64,000 nucleotides of DNA from the IMG/VR virus record IMGVR_UViG_3300046542_000248, positions 182,902 through 246,901 of that record; one strand, written 5' to 3'. The notes under the pieces are model-generated. The model made no database searches and had not been told where the DNA came from. It saw nothing but the letters and a program-made list of their open reading frames with translations. Each line of letters starts with the position of its first letter. The stretch's first letter is position 1. The position numbers were made by a program, and so were the translations under genes. Shown here in pieces: positions 19,388 to 29,113 of this stretch.

Positions 19388-20233
19388 ATGCAGCAAAACA
19401 ATGAGAGAAAACCATCAGTTGAAACTTTCGGGTATAAGAGTATTAATGAAGATACTCAAACCTGTTTGGCGGTAAGATATTTCGAAAGAACTGCCGCTAT
19501 CGGTATCCATCTTCCAGTTAAAGACGGGAACAAAAGTTACCTTCAATTTGATTATAAAGGTGGAGCAATCGCATATCTACAACCGCGTGATTGTAAAGCT
19601 ATTCACAAGAAAGGTTCCAAAGTTCTCAAGAAGTTTGAAGAAACTGGAGAATTTGAATCTTTCGCTATCGGTCTGAAAAAGGGCTTGATCGAATTCGCAT
19701 CTGCCCGTGACTTGAAGAATAAATTAAAGCACCTTACAGGTGATGTTAATCCAAATGACATTTGTGCAGTTGTTTATCTCACTGGTGATGATAGCAAACG
19801 CTCGAATGAATATTTGGTTCACGTATTCAATCAAGACAAAATCGTTAAAGGATATCAACCGGATAACGGTAGCTATAGCGTTGAATATGAAAATTCCGAA
19901 TTCGATTATTTCCTTGATGCATTGTATGACTTTGCTAAGGCTATGACGAATGGATATGTTCATGCACAAAATCACGAAGATCGTTATTCACAAAAACGTC
20001 TTGAGCAAAATATCTTTATGATGCTGCAAGCATTAAACGTTGATATTTCCAAACCAATGGCTCCTGCTAAAGGTGGAAATAGTGGCGGTTCAAAAGGTAA
20101 CTGGAGTGGTGGCAATTCATTCAATTCCAATCGTGGTGGAGGTCAAAGTCAAGGTCAAGAGATCGAAACTGAGAATCCAACTGATGAGGAATTGGAAAGA
20201 ATCATTGCTCAAATGACTGAAGGCGACGAGTAA
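19388..20233 (+). CDS. putative single-stranded DNA-binding protein
   Basis: beta-rich body, Gly/Asn/Ser linker, acidic tail ending EGDE; near the polymerase. Confidence 0.55.
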   Translation: MQQNNERKPSVETFGYKSINEDTQTCLAVRYFERTAAIGIHLPVKDGNKSYLQFDYKGGAIAYLQPRDCKAIHKKGSKVLKKFEETGEFESFAIGLKKGLIEFASARDLKNKLKHLTGDVNPNDICAVVYLTGDDSKRSNEYLVHVFNQDKIVKGYQPDNGSYSVEYENSEFDYFLDALYDFAKAMTNGYVHAQNHEDRYSQKRLEQNIFMMLQALNVDISKPMAPAKGGNSGGSKGNWSGGNSFNSNRGGGQSQGQEIETENPTDEELERIIAQMTEGDE

Positions 20234-20274
20234 CATCGTCCCTTCTTCTTTTTTAACCTGAAAGAGGTGAGCAG

Positions 20275-20961
20275 ATGTTAAAGTTCTATAACGGCGAAGA
20301 GCATCAAAATATTCTTATCCTCAATTATAATACAGTCATTCTTCAATCTGTAGGATTTCTTATGTATGTAAAGAAACATCTTAAAATGGATAATCCGTTA
20401 TCTCATCTTGAAGGTACTGAATTTATAGTTAATGTATTACAATTAGCTAATAAAAACACTGCTAGTATTCTGAACGATCCTACTATAGATGAAGAGTTCT
20501 ACTTTAACTTCATCAAGAAAAAATTTGTAGAAGTTAGTGGAGAATCTCCTATTGGTGCTATGCAATCATACATCACTATCCTACTATCTCAAAACTTTGT
20601 TAATAGAATTCACATTGCTTCTCCAGCAGACGTTGGAATGAAGACTGTGTTTCCTAACATTTCTGATGTTCAGTTTGATATCTTTGATGTGGATGCAATA
20701 GTCGATTATATCAATACTCATAAAATTACTTCTCTGTACATACATGATATAGACCTACTAAAGAAAGTTATCGAACATCCTGATATGGATTCGGAACAAT
20801 TCACGTATCTATTATCAAAGATCGGTTATAACTATCGAGAGATAGAAGATGCCGCATTCTTTAAACTTCCAGAAATCATGGATCTACGAGATGAAAAACG
20901 CTTCTTATTGGGAATAGTAAATCTACTTACCACTGATGAGGCTGAAAGTTTCTTATTATAA
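20275..20961 (+). CDS. hypothetical protein
   Basis: 228 aa; SD gaggtga. Confidence 0.7.
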   Translation: MLKFYNGEEHQNILILNYNTVILQSVGFLMYVKKHLKMDNPLSHLEGTEFIVNVLQLANKNTASILNDPTIDEEFYFNFIKKKFVEVSGESPIGAMQSYITILLSQNFVNRIHIASPADVGMKTVFPNISDVQFDIFDVDAIVDYINTHKITSLYIHDIDLLKKVIEHPDMDSEQFTYLLSKIGYNYREIEDAAFFKLPEIMDLRDEKRFLLGIVNLLTTDEAESFLL

Positions 20962-20973
20962 AACCAATTCGTA
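20962..20973 (+). promoter_or_regulatory. putative nvRNAP promoter, AACC-N6-TA class
   Basis: AACC aattcg TA before the chaperonin. Confidence 0.55.
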
Positions 20974-20989
20974 AAGGGGCAATTATACA

Positions 20990-22750
20990 ATGGATCGTCA
21001 ATACTTCCGTCAAAACATTTCTAACCCGCAAACATTTCACGGGACAGTTTCCCATGTATTCGATGTACTTGAAAACACAGTTGGTGCTACATATGGACCA
21101 GGTGGTACTCACAATATCTTCATGATGGGACCTGGAGAACTTAGTTCATCCAAAGATGGGCTTGAGAATTTGACTATGATGAAAATGGACAGCACAATTG
21201 CTCGTACAGTTCATCAAATGGCTATCGAAGTTGCTCAGCGTCAAGCATCCATCGTTGGTGATGGTACAACTTCCGCTGTTCTTATAATGGCTCAAGTGTA
21301 CAAACAGCTTCGTACTTCCAAAGCATTGTGGAATAAATATACATCTTCGACGATTCATAATGCAATGAATCAAATCCAAGATGGTATTATCTCTATGCTT
21401 AAAAACGCTGCATCAAAAATCAATACCGATGAAGAAGCATTCCACCTTGCGTACACTTCAACAGATCGCAATCGTGATCTAGCGGATGTTATCGCAAAGG
21501 TTTACAAAATCACTGAAAACTTTGCTGATACGAATATTATCCTTGACTATAGTGCAACGGAACAAACGTATCATTCCAATAGCAAAGGTCTATCAATCAT
21601 GGGTCGTATGATGAACCAAGCGTTCAATAACTACGATATCGAAACTTGTAAATTGAAAGAAGTTGAAGTTGTCGTAGTTGATGGTGCTGCTACTATCACT
21701 AATGACATCCTTGAATATGCAAATCAATTGAAACTTAGCGGTAAATCCTTGTTGATTATCTGCTCTGGTATTAAGAACGAAAACTTCTATCGTTATATTG
21801 AAGCAGTTGCTCAAAAGCAACCTGCATTCTTGCATAACATGGCAGTAGTATACAGCGATGCTAATACATTGCAAAAGAAAGATACTTACTATGATTTGAT
21901 TAAATCATCTGGCTGCGCAATCCTTGAAGAAGGCGTTGAGCTGAACAGTGAAACAATTCGTGAAATCTCCAAAGGGTATGCTCAAAACGTATTGATCAAA
22001 GACAAGAAAATGACTCTTGCTGGGTTTAACCAAACTCCAGAGTTAGAAACTTGGATTGAATCAATTGCTGCTCAAATTGCAGAGATTCACACAATGAACG
22101 ATAATCCGGAAGTATCCAAAGAAGATGTTCTTCAATCTCAAATGAAGATCAATTCGTTGAAAGCTCGCCATGCTAAACTTAAAGATGGTACTACTACTAT
22201 CTATGTAGGTGGCGAAACTAGTCAACGTAAATCTATTAACTATCGTCTTGTCGAAGATGGTGTTAAAGCGTTACAAGCTGCTTTGAACACTGGTTACTTC
22301 GTAGGGTGTAATACTACTACGATGAATGTTATCTATCAACTTCTGATCAAACAGAAGCAATCTAAGGGTAATCTAGATGATGTTTACGGACAACTTCTAA
22401 CGATTATTCTTACCGCTTACATTAATGTATACAAGAAGTTGGTTACAAACCGTGTAGCAACAGCTACCGAAGAAGCATTCTATCAAATGATTATCAATGA
22501 AAAATGTGCTGATATTATCAAGCCAATGGTTGATGATGTATCAGGTATTGAAGTTGATGTCAAGTATGCTGGAACTCCTGTATTCTGCGTAGTAAATCTA
22601 GCTGATGGTGATGAACTGGCTTCTGTAGTAATCAATCCTGCATCCACTGATACACTTATTGTGGAAAAAGCAATTGATGCTGCCTTGATTCTCGCTACTG
22701 CTAATACAATCATGACCGATGAGCATAATGAATTTGAATCTGTCCTTTAA
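20990..22750 (+). CDS. groEL: phage GroEL-like chaperonin (AR9 gp228/EL gp146-like)
   Basis: TYGPGG, SKDG, GDGTTSA, IYVGGET, EDGVKA, AIDAALILAT. Confidence 0.93.
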   Translation: MDRQYFRQNISNPQTFHGTVSHVFDVLENTVGATYGPGGTHNIFMMGPGELSSSKDGLENLTMMKMDSTIARTVHQMAIEVAQRQASIVGDGTTSAVLIMAQVYKQLRTSKALWNKYTSSTIHNAMNQIQDGIISMLKNAASKINTDEEAFHLAYTSTDRNRDLADVIAKVYKITENFADTNIILDYSATEQTYHSNSKGLSIMGRMMNQAFNNYDIETCKLKEVEVVVVDGAATITNDILEYANQLKLSGKSLLIICSGIKNENFYRYIEAVAQKQPAFLHNMAVVYSDANTLQKKDTYYDLIKSSGCAILEEGVELNSETIREISKGYAQNVLIKDKKMTLAGFNQTPELETWIESIAAQIAEIHTMNDNPEVSKEDVLQSQMKINSLKARHAKLKDGTTTIYVGGETSQRKSINYRLVEDGVKALQAALNTGYFVGCNTTTMNVIYQLLIKQKQSKGNLDDVYGQLLTIILTAYINVYKKLVTNRVATATEEAFYQMIINEKCADIIKPMVDDVSGIEVDVKYAGTPVFCVVNLADGDELASVVINPASTDTLIVEKAIDAALILATANTIMTDEHNEFESVL

Positions 22751-22820
22751 TTAGTGGCAGAGAATGGACAATGGATTAATGATATCCATTGTCCATTTTA
22801 TTTATGAAGGAGCGGTTGCG

Positions 22821-23465
22821 ATGTTTGATGATCTATTTGAGCAGAGAACTGAGTTACTATTTGAATCTACTGATATGAAGGAAAGTACTGAGCCTGTATA
22901 TGTAATGCTTACTCATACGGGAACTGCACTAAGTACTCTTATTAAAAAGGCTACTGGTGTGCCTTATTCTCATGCATCTATTTCTTTCGATTCGAGTATG
23001 AAATCTATGTATTCAATGGGAAGAAAGTATAAGAAAATTGCATTCGTTGGAGTATTCGTTAAGGAAGATATTAAAGAAGGTTTGTTTAGAGATGTTGCAG
23101 ATAGTGCCACATATAGTTTATATGTGACCTTTGTAACTCCTGAAGAAAAAGAAGCAATGCTTGCTAAGCTCGAAGAACTTTCCTCAATACATTTAACGAG
23201 TAAACTAAAGTATAGCTTTCTTGGCTTGCTTTATAATAAAATGAATATAGCTAAGGATCGTGGCGATAAAAAATTCTGCTCCGAGTTCGTAGCTGTAATT
23301 CTTGAATCTGGTAAGAACTTCTTTAGCAAGCATACAAGTTTGGTTCGTCCTTATGACTATGCTAAACACAAAGAGTTTAAGTTCATCAAAAAAGGTATGG
23401 CACGGAATTATAGCCAAAAAGAAGTTGATGATCGTATTGCTCAAATCAGGATGGTGAATAAATAA
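22821..23465 (+). CDS. permuted papain-like NlpC/P60 (YiiX/YaeF-like) protein with MFDDLFE N terminus
   Basis: YSHASISFD (His) precedes FCSEFVA (Cys); start moved to the ATG after gaaggag. Confidence 0.75.
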   Translation: MFDDLFEQRTELLFESTDMKESTEPVYVMLTHTGTALSTLIKKATGVPYSHASISFDSSMKSMYSMGRKYKKIAFVGVFVKEDIKEGLFRDVADSATYSLYVTFVTPEEKEAMLAKLEELSSIHLTSKLKYSFLGLLYNKMNIAKDRGDKKFCSEFVAVILESGKNFFSKHTSLVRPYDYAKHKEFKFIKKGMARNYSQKEVDDRIAQIRMVNK

Positions 23466-24229
23466 TGGCTGATCTTTCTATTAATCAGTATGTATCAAAT
23501 CCTTTAGGTAAAGGATCTTCTGCTAGTTCTCTAAAGATTATTAAAACTGAATATGATGCTAGGTATGACGCACTCTTAGATATGTATGATGAATTTCAAA
23601 CTCATATTTATAGAAATAAGAATGCATACTACATCCATCTATTAATCCCTTCTGAAACTACTAAAGACTTATCTTATGACGTTGTACTTAAGATTGATAG
23701 AGCGTCTGCTACTAAAGAATCCAATTATATCAATTGGGCTATGAAAGCAATTAGTAACTCCCCTGCATTTGCATTTACCTTTGCTAATACCTTTAAACGG
23801 AATGGAACTTTGATTGAGGAACTTAAATCAATCATTCCTTCTCAGACTGTAAAAGAATTTGCAGAGATTCGTAACCCTCATAAGCTTCCAGGTGTAGATA
23901 AATCTATTTACTATGCTTGTAAGTATATCAAAGAGAGTTACTCTAATATTGATGAGATTGATAAATTTGCATCTGATCTTGACCTGAAGAAGCTTATCAA
24001 AGAGCTTAGAGACTTCAGTGAGATCATGAAAGCCAAAGATATTGATCAAAAGAAAAAGGCTGAAGAAAAGAAAGAACAAAAAGCTCAGGAGAAAAAGGAG
24101 CTTAATGAAAAACTACACAATAGGGAACATGTTATAGGAAAAATTACTACAAAATCTAATTCGAAAACATCAATCAAGGCAGCCACAGCTAAGAAGGCTT
24201 CCAAGGCAAAAAAAGCAAAACGTATATGA
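23465..24229 (+). CDS. hypothetical protein, Lys-rich tail
   Basis: 254 aa; YDVVL and SNSPAFAFTF motifs; between chaperonin and sigma-like gene. Confidence 0.75.
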   Translation: MADLSINQYVSNPLGKGSSASSLKIIKTEYDARYDALLDMYDEFQTHIYRNKNAYYIHLLIPSETTKDLSYDVVLKIDRASATKESNYINWAMKAISNSPAFAFTFANTFKRNGTLIEELKSIIPSQTVKEFAEIRNPHKLPGVDKSIYYACKYIKESYSNIDEIDKFASDLDLKKLIKELRDFSEIMKAKDIDQKKKAEEKKEQKAQEKKELNEKLHNREHVIGKITTKSNSKTSIKAATAKKASKAKKAKRI

Positions 24230-24243
24230 TATCTATTTCAAAA

Positions 24244-24270
24244 AAGAGAACTGAAGGGAGCAGTTCTCTT
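24244..24270 (+). terminator. intrinsic terminator-like hairpin
   Basis: aagagaactg/cagttctctt. Confidence 0.6.
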
Positions 24271-24286
24271 AAAATTTTCTACGAAA

Positions 24287-24296
24287 TATATATTAT
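24287..24296 (+). promoter_or_regulatory. putative early promoter driving the sigma-like subunit
   Basis: exact TATATATTAT. Confidence 0.7.
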
Positions 24297-24343
24297 TATA
24301 TTAGTCATCTATTATCTATTAGAGGGGAAAGTGAACGGGGAAG

Positions 24344-25858
24344 ATGAGAGCTGATGTCTGTAAACCAAATAGGTATCTAACCGAACAAACTAAACTATTC
24401 AGACTGGGAAAGAAGGACACATTCATTTGTGACTTCGAGAAAATGTTTCCCAATATCGAGAAAAAAGGCTTAAACATCTTTTACATCCCTCGTCCTGCAT
24501 TCTATAAGAAGGGAGATTTAATCTGCGATACAATCAATGTATTTATGAACTATTACGATCCAGATCGTGAGTTAATTACCTGCTATATCAATATGAAGGT
24601 TATGACCGACCTGAGTAATCTAACGTATACGTTCAAAAGCTTCATCAACGATATTGTGAACAAGGTATTCAGCAAATCAATGGTGAAGAAAGTTCGAGGC
24701 TTCGTAGAAGAACAATATCGAGTTGACCTTGAAATCTCTACAGACAAAGATGAGAAATACAAGGAAAACCCGTATCAATTTACGAACAAACATGGAAAGG
24801 TATTGATGGCGATCAGTACTGCTATCAAAATTATCATTCCAATTATCTCCCATTACTATTCAGTACGAAAAGACATGGTAGAAGATATGATCATGAAGAA
24901 ATTCTTGTATCACTGCTTCTATGCCTTATTCCCTATCTTCGAGAAAGATGAAGAGGATAGAGATAAGGATATGAATATCTATAACAAGCTTTACGCTACA
25001 GTGGACAAGATTATCGAAAACTCGACTCACACTGATAGTGGTATGTGGAAACGTAATAAGAACAAAGGTATTACGCCTTCCTCAGAAAAGACTCGGATTA
25101 CCAAAATGGTTATCCAAGATCTTCTGTACAAATATGAATTTGATAAGATCCTTATTAACTTGAATTATGTAGGTATCAGAGGTGCTCTGAAATTTACAAT
25201 TGAAGGTAAGGATACTCATGATTATTCAGATATCAATACCAAGCGTTCCGATAGTAAGATGTCCGGTCTGGAACAATTGGAAATGAACGCTGCGAGAATT
25301 GATGAGCGAGATATTATTATCTCAAGTGCGGGTAGTAAGCATAAGATCGAAAAACTTGTAAAGCAATATAAGATTGAGATCAAAGACGAGGACATGAAGT
25401 TCTATGAGAATAATCTTCAGATGTCGTCCACTCAAACTAATATGGTCTTGCAATTCTTTGCTGATGACTTTAAAGGCTTAGAGAATATGAAACTCATTAC
25501 TAGGCAAGACTTCTTTAGACTGATTATCATCTTGAAGGAAGAGTTATATAGAAGAGGATTCCGTGTGGTTCCAAATCTTATTACTGGTCGTCCTTCTAAT
25601 CGTATCAAGGGAAGAAAGATTGGAACCAAGAAATTGGCGAAGATCAAAGCATTCCCACGCTACTATAACTTGATGAAGCAATACAAAGATGTAACTTCAA
25701 GTATCAATGAAGACATCATCATCAAGTACATCGGTACGTTTATCAACAACCCTCTTACATACGTAGATCACCAAAACAAGGCTCTACTTGGAGAGGACAT
25801 CGAGATTAACGAAAATATGATCATTGATGAGACTATCCGTCTGATCGAAATGTTCTAA
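24344..25858 (+). CDS. non-virion RNAP promoter-specificity subunit (AR9 gp226/phiKZ gp68-like)
   Basis: size, position near the chaperonin as in AR9 (g226/g228), and recalled similarity (DFEKMF, YxxxDxI, SxLEQLEMN..RxD); needs HHpred confirmation. Confidence 0.72.
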   Translation: MRADVCKPNRYLTEQTKLFRLGKKDTFICDFEKMFPNIEKKGLNIFYIPRPAFYKKGDLICDTINVFMNYYDPDRELITCYINMKVMTDLSNLTYTFKSFINDIVNKVFSKSMVKKVRGFVEEQYRVDLEISTDKDEKYKENPYQFTNKHGKVLMAISTAIKIIIPIISHYYSVRKDMVEDMIMKKFLYHCFYALFPIFEKDEEDRDKDMNIYNKLYATVDKIIENSTHTDSGMWKRNKNKGITPSSEKTRITKMVIQDLLYKYEFDKILINLNYVGIRGALKFTIEGKDTHDYSDINTKRSDSKMSGLEQLEMNAARIDERDIIISSAGSKHKIEKLVKQYKIEIKDEDMKFYENNLQMSSTQTNMVLQFFADDFKGLENMKLITRQDFFRLIIILKEELYRRGFRVVPNLITGRPSNRIKGRKIGTKKLAKIKAFPRYYNLMKQYKDVTSSINEDIIIKYIGTFINNPLTYVDHQNKALLGEDIEINENMIIDETIRLIEMF

Positions 25859-25867
25859 CAATAACTG

Positions 25868-25900
25868 GAGATAGACTCGTATAGGGTCTATCTCTTATTA
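25868..25900 (+). terminator. intrinsic terminator
   Basis: gagatagac/gtctatctc-ttatta. Confidence 0.7.
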
Positions 25901-25927
25901 CTTTAAAAATATTAGGAGGAATAAGAA

Positions 25928-26761
25928 ATGTCCAATAAAATGTATATGGTTCCAGTAATGCCTAAAATTGCTGATACAAGAGTAACTCGTCAAATGCGTC
26001 ATTATATGGAGCATGCCACTGTAGATTTCACTATAACTGACCATTTCAATGAAATTTATGTTACGCTTAATTTAAAAGTGTTATATCATAAAAGTTTTCT
26101 AGAGTACTTTCGTAGTTGGATTGACGCTGATGCTGAATTTGATAACGTTCCGCATAAATATTCATCAGAAAAAGATATTACATGTGAGGTACTAACTGGT
26201 AATTTTCATGAGGATGGTAGTATTAGCGAATTAACAAATTATGTAAACTTACGAGCAGGTCATGTTCGTAGAGAAGGTGAATATTTAATAATCTCATTTA
26301 GAGGTCAAATTAAACCATTAGGTTCTAATGAAATTAAATACTTTACTGAAACTTGGCAAGAGCATTTACAATCTATAAAGGAATATATGAGTGATGTATC
26401 AACTCCTCCAAAAGCTGCTAATAATACTGTAGATTTCATGGAAAAATTAAATGAAAAAGAAGCAAAGCTTCATATGTATAAAGCTCAGATGCATTCTCAA
26501 TTATATATGGGTATAGTATTATCAATATTAGCAATTATTGATGAGAAATATTTATTACCTGAGAATGTTTCTATGCATAAGTTAAGTAAATGCTTTAATC
26601 AGGCCACTGATGAATTGCTGGCTGATGAGGAATTTATAAATACATATGGTCTGGATAAAGACTATACTCCATCAGAGCAGTTATTAATAATCAATCGTAC
26701 TGTAGATAGAGTTATCGAGTTATTTCTCGGTGATGAGTTTCAGCCTGAAAAAATTAAGTAA
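25928..26761 (+). CDS. hypothetical protein
   Basis: 277 aa; SD aggagg. Confidence 0.7.
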   Translation: MSNKMYMVPVMPKIADTRVTRQMRHYMEHATVDFTITDHFNEIYVTLNLKVLYHKSFLEYFRSWIDADAEFDNVPHKYSSEKDITCEVLTGNFHEDGSISELTNYVNLRAGHVRREGEYLIISFRGQIKPLGSNEIKYFTETWQEHLQSIKEYMSDVSTPPKAANNTVDFMEKLNEKEAKLHMYKAQMHSQLYMGIVLSILAIIDEKYLLPENVSMHKLSKCFNQATDELLADEEFINTYGLDKDYTPSEQLLIINRTVDRVIELFLGDEFQPEKIK

Positions 26762-26811
26762 TATTCTCTTGGTGACAAGAGATTATATATGAATTATTAG
26801 GAGGAAAGTCT

Positions 26812-27663
26812 ATGACATATCCAAATGAAGTTATTGCTGTATCTAATATGTATCCTATATCAGTAGAACTTAATAACGCCGTTAGATCGTCTATTGAAAA
26901 AGGTGCATCTATTACATTAGGTCCACCTGTTGATAGATCTTCTAAGATGTTAGTATATTTAACAGTGACTGAAGGGATAGACGCTTGTAAACAATATTTT
27001 GAGCAGCTATCGGAAGTTATCGAATCACATAAGAAAAATAAGCCAGGATTACAATTGATTGCTGGTGTTGATGTTATATGTGCAAAGAGGGATGAGTCCA
27101 ATAATAGCAGCTTTTGGGGAGCATCCGGTACCAGTTTTGGTTTATATGCATATACCCAACTAACTTTACTCAGTGTCATGCACAGAGAAGGTAGTACGGT
27201 TTTTGCGTTAACAGGATATTTAAAAAATATCAATGATATTGAGATTAATTATTTGGAGAAATTATTAGAAGCATATAATAAATCCAAACCAGATTTTTCA
27301 ACTAAGGTTACAATAAAACTTGAAGGTGTTGAGCTTTATGCATATCAAAAGCAAGTTGATAATCAACTTCACATAACTTTAACTACCGAAAAGAAAGCTC
27401 TAACATCCGCTCTTGATAGTAGTTTTGTAATGAATATGACTGAAGGTACATCTTTAACCTATGCATTAAATTCTGCTGCAATTCCTGATAAAATTAAACA
27501 GGCGATGGAAACTTTGAAAGAAACCAGAGATAATCTGGATTCAATGCAGGTTGGTCAGCTTCTTAATTATGTCGAAAATGTTAAGAGAGATTTATCAAGC
27601 GCTTACGATAGTTTAGATAATCTCTATTGGAGTGCTTTTTACCATATGAAGAAAGAAGGTTAA
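26812..27663 (+). CDS. hypothetical protein
   Basis: 283 aa; SD aggagg. Confidence 0.7.
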   Translation: MTYPNEVIAVSNMYPISVELNNAVRSSIEKGASITLGPPVDRSSKMLVYLTVTEGIDACKQYFEQLSEVIESHKKNKPGLQLIAGVDVICAKRDESNNSSFWGASGTSFGLYAYTQLTLLSVMHREGSTVFALTGYLKNINDIEINYLEKLLEAYNKSKPDFSTKVTIKLEGVELYAYQKQVDNQLHITLTTEKKALTSALDSSFVMNMTEGTSLTYALNSAAIPDKIKQAMETLKETRDNLDSMQVGQLLNYVENVKRDLSSAYDSLDNLYWSAFYHMKKEG

Positions 27664-27666
27664 ACA

Positions 27667-27948
27667 ATGTATTTAATTCACACTCTGAAAGTTAGTGTAG
27701 AGATCGAAGCATTTAAAAAGATCTCTGAAATTGATACACTTAAAGCTAAAGATTATCGAGTTCTGTTTCATCTGATGACGCATCTAGATGGTAGGACTGC
27801 AAAATCTATCAGTCCAAAGAAAATCGCCGAACAACTTGGACTTGATAAAGATGATGTTAAAAAGTCTTTGGTAAAATTAATCGGTGTTGAATTACTGATT
27901 ATGGAGTCTAATGAACACGTCAAAGATGGTTATAAATTCACATTTTAA
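27667..27948 (+). CDS. winged-helix DNA-binding protein
   Basis: DYRVLFHLM...SISPKKIAEQLGLDKDDVKKSLVKL. Confidence 0.75.
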   Translation: MYLIHTLKVSVEIEAFKKISEIDTLKAKDYRVLFHLMTHLDGRTAKSISPKKIAEQLGLDKDDVKKSLVKLIGVELLIMESNEHVKDGYKFTF

Positions 27949-27968
27949 CCCTTGGGAGGGGCGAACAA

Positions 27969-28289
27969 ATGAGACAACTTATTTATCAAGATCAGTGGAA
28001 ATTAACATCACGTGTATTGAGTACTATGCATTTCATATTTACAAGAAATGAAGATGGTACTGTAGTATACAATAAAAATGCTGGAAGCAATGGTAATCAA
28101 ACCAATATTTATAAGACCACTAAATCTAATGAAGAAATTGCTGCTGAAGTTGGAGAGGTTATTAACAACTTTAAAACTAAAATTGCCAGTAGCAGTCCGT
28201 TTATTAGATTCGTCCGTGCTTTTATTCATGGTACAAAATTGGATAAAGAAATTGAAAAGATATTCGATGAAGACATTACTGAATATTAA
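27969..28289 (+). CDS. hypothetical protein
   Basis: SD ggagggg. Confidence 0.65.
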   Translation: MRQLIYQDQWKLTSRVLSTMHFIFTRNEDGTVVYNKNAGSNGNQTNIYKTTKSNEEIAAEVGEVINNFKTKIASSSPFIRFVRAFIHGTKLDKEIEKIFDEDITEY

Positions 28290-28299
28290 AGGAGGATAT

Positions 28300-28662
28300 A
28301 TGAGCGATCTTCAAAAGGATATTGATAAATGGAAAAAAATAACTGAGCTGCAAGAAACATCGGGTGATCGTGTTACATGTCCAGAATGCAAAGATCAAGT
28401 TGCATTTTGTGATTGCCCTCAACGATTAGCTCAAGAAATATTAACAAAATTAGTTGAAGATGATATGATTATTACTGAGGATAAGTCTGATACCAAACCG
28501 GTAGAAAATCCTCTTAATCGGTTTGTGGATAAAACTTCTACTTTGGATGAAGAAAGTGGAATTACTACAAATCATTATAAATATCGTTCTATACTCAATC
28601 CCAAGGTTCAACCTGGCGACAGGATTACAATAAGCATTAACAATTCGAAAGGGGATAATTAA
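28300..28662 (+). CDS. hypothetical protein with Cys cluster
   Basis: CPECKDQVAFCDCP; start moved to the ATG after aaggagg. Confidence 0.65.
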   Translation: MSDLQKDIDKWKKITELQETSGDRVTCPECKDQVAFCDCPQRLAQEILTKLVEDDMIITEDKSDTKPVENPLNRFVDKTSTLDEESGITTNHYKYRSILNPKVQPGDRITISINNSKGDN

Positions 28663-28663
28663 A

Positions 28664-29020
28664 ATGGCTGGTAAACAAGTGAAGATTCGTGCAAAGAAAG
28701 ACGGTATTCTTTCGAAGAAGCTGATTAAGAAAATTAACGGTGGTCACGAGGACGATACCAAAAAGAAGAAAAAGAAAAAGAAGAAAACGTCTGAGTGGAA
28801 GCCGCACAAGAAGTTCAAAAAGAAAATTGTGCACATTGAGACTAAGAAAGGCAAGGATAAAAAGAAGAAAAAGAAAGAGCATAAAGCTCCTATCAATTTC
28901 AAGAGTTCCAAGAAGTCATCTTCGAATACATCGGACGGTGCAAGAATCTTCCAGCTCTTGAAGAAAGATATGGATATTAAACTTGAACTTACTAAGCTGC
29001 TTCAAAAGATTTTAAAGTAG
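28664..29020 (+). CDS. extremely Lys-rich basic protein, putative nucleic-acid binding
   Basis: long poly-K runs, 118 aa. Confidence 0.65.
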   Translation: MAGKQVKIRAKKDGILSKKLIKKINGGHEDDTKKKKKKKKKTSEWKPHKKFKKKIVHIETKKGKDKKKKKKEHKAPINFKSSKKSSSNTSDGARIFQLLKKDMDIKLELTKLLQKILK

Positions 29021-29045
29021 TCTGATTAATTTTCAATTATAAGTA

Positions 29046-29057
29046 AACACTTATGTG
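29046..29057 (+). promoter_or_regulatory. putative late promoter AACA-N6-TG
   Basis: AACA cttatg TG, followed by inverted repeat tgtggatat/atatccaca (29054-29082). Confidence 0.5.
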
Positions 29058-29113
29058 GATATGACTGTGGGTTATATCCACAAAAACTAACCAGCCTTAA
29101 GGAGGCAAACAAA

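Noticed and set aside
29054-29082. DnaA boxes or origin (ATATCCACA x2)
   Set aside because: Each has a mismatch to TTATCCACA, only two copies exist and they form an inverted repeat at a predicted transcript start; a leader hairpin explains them better.
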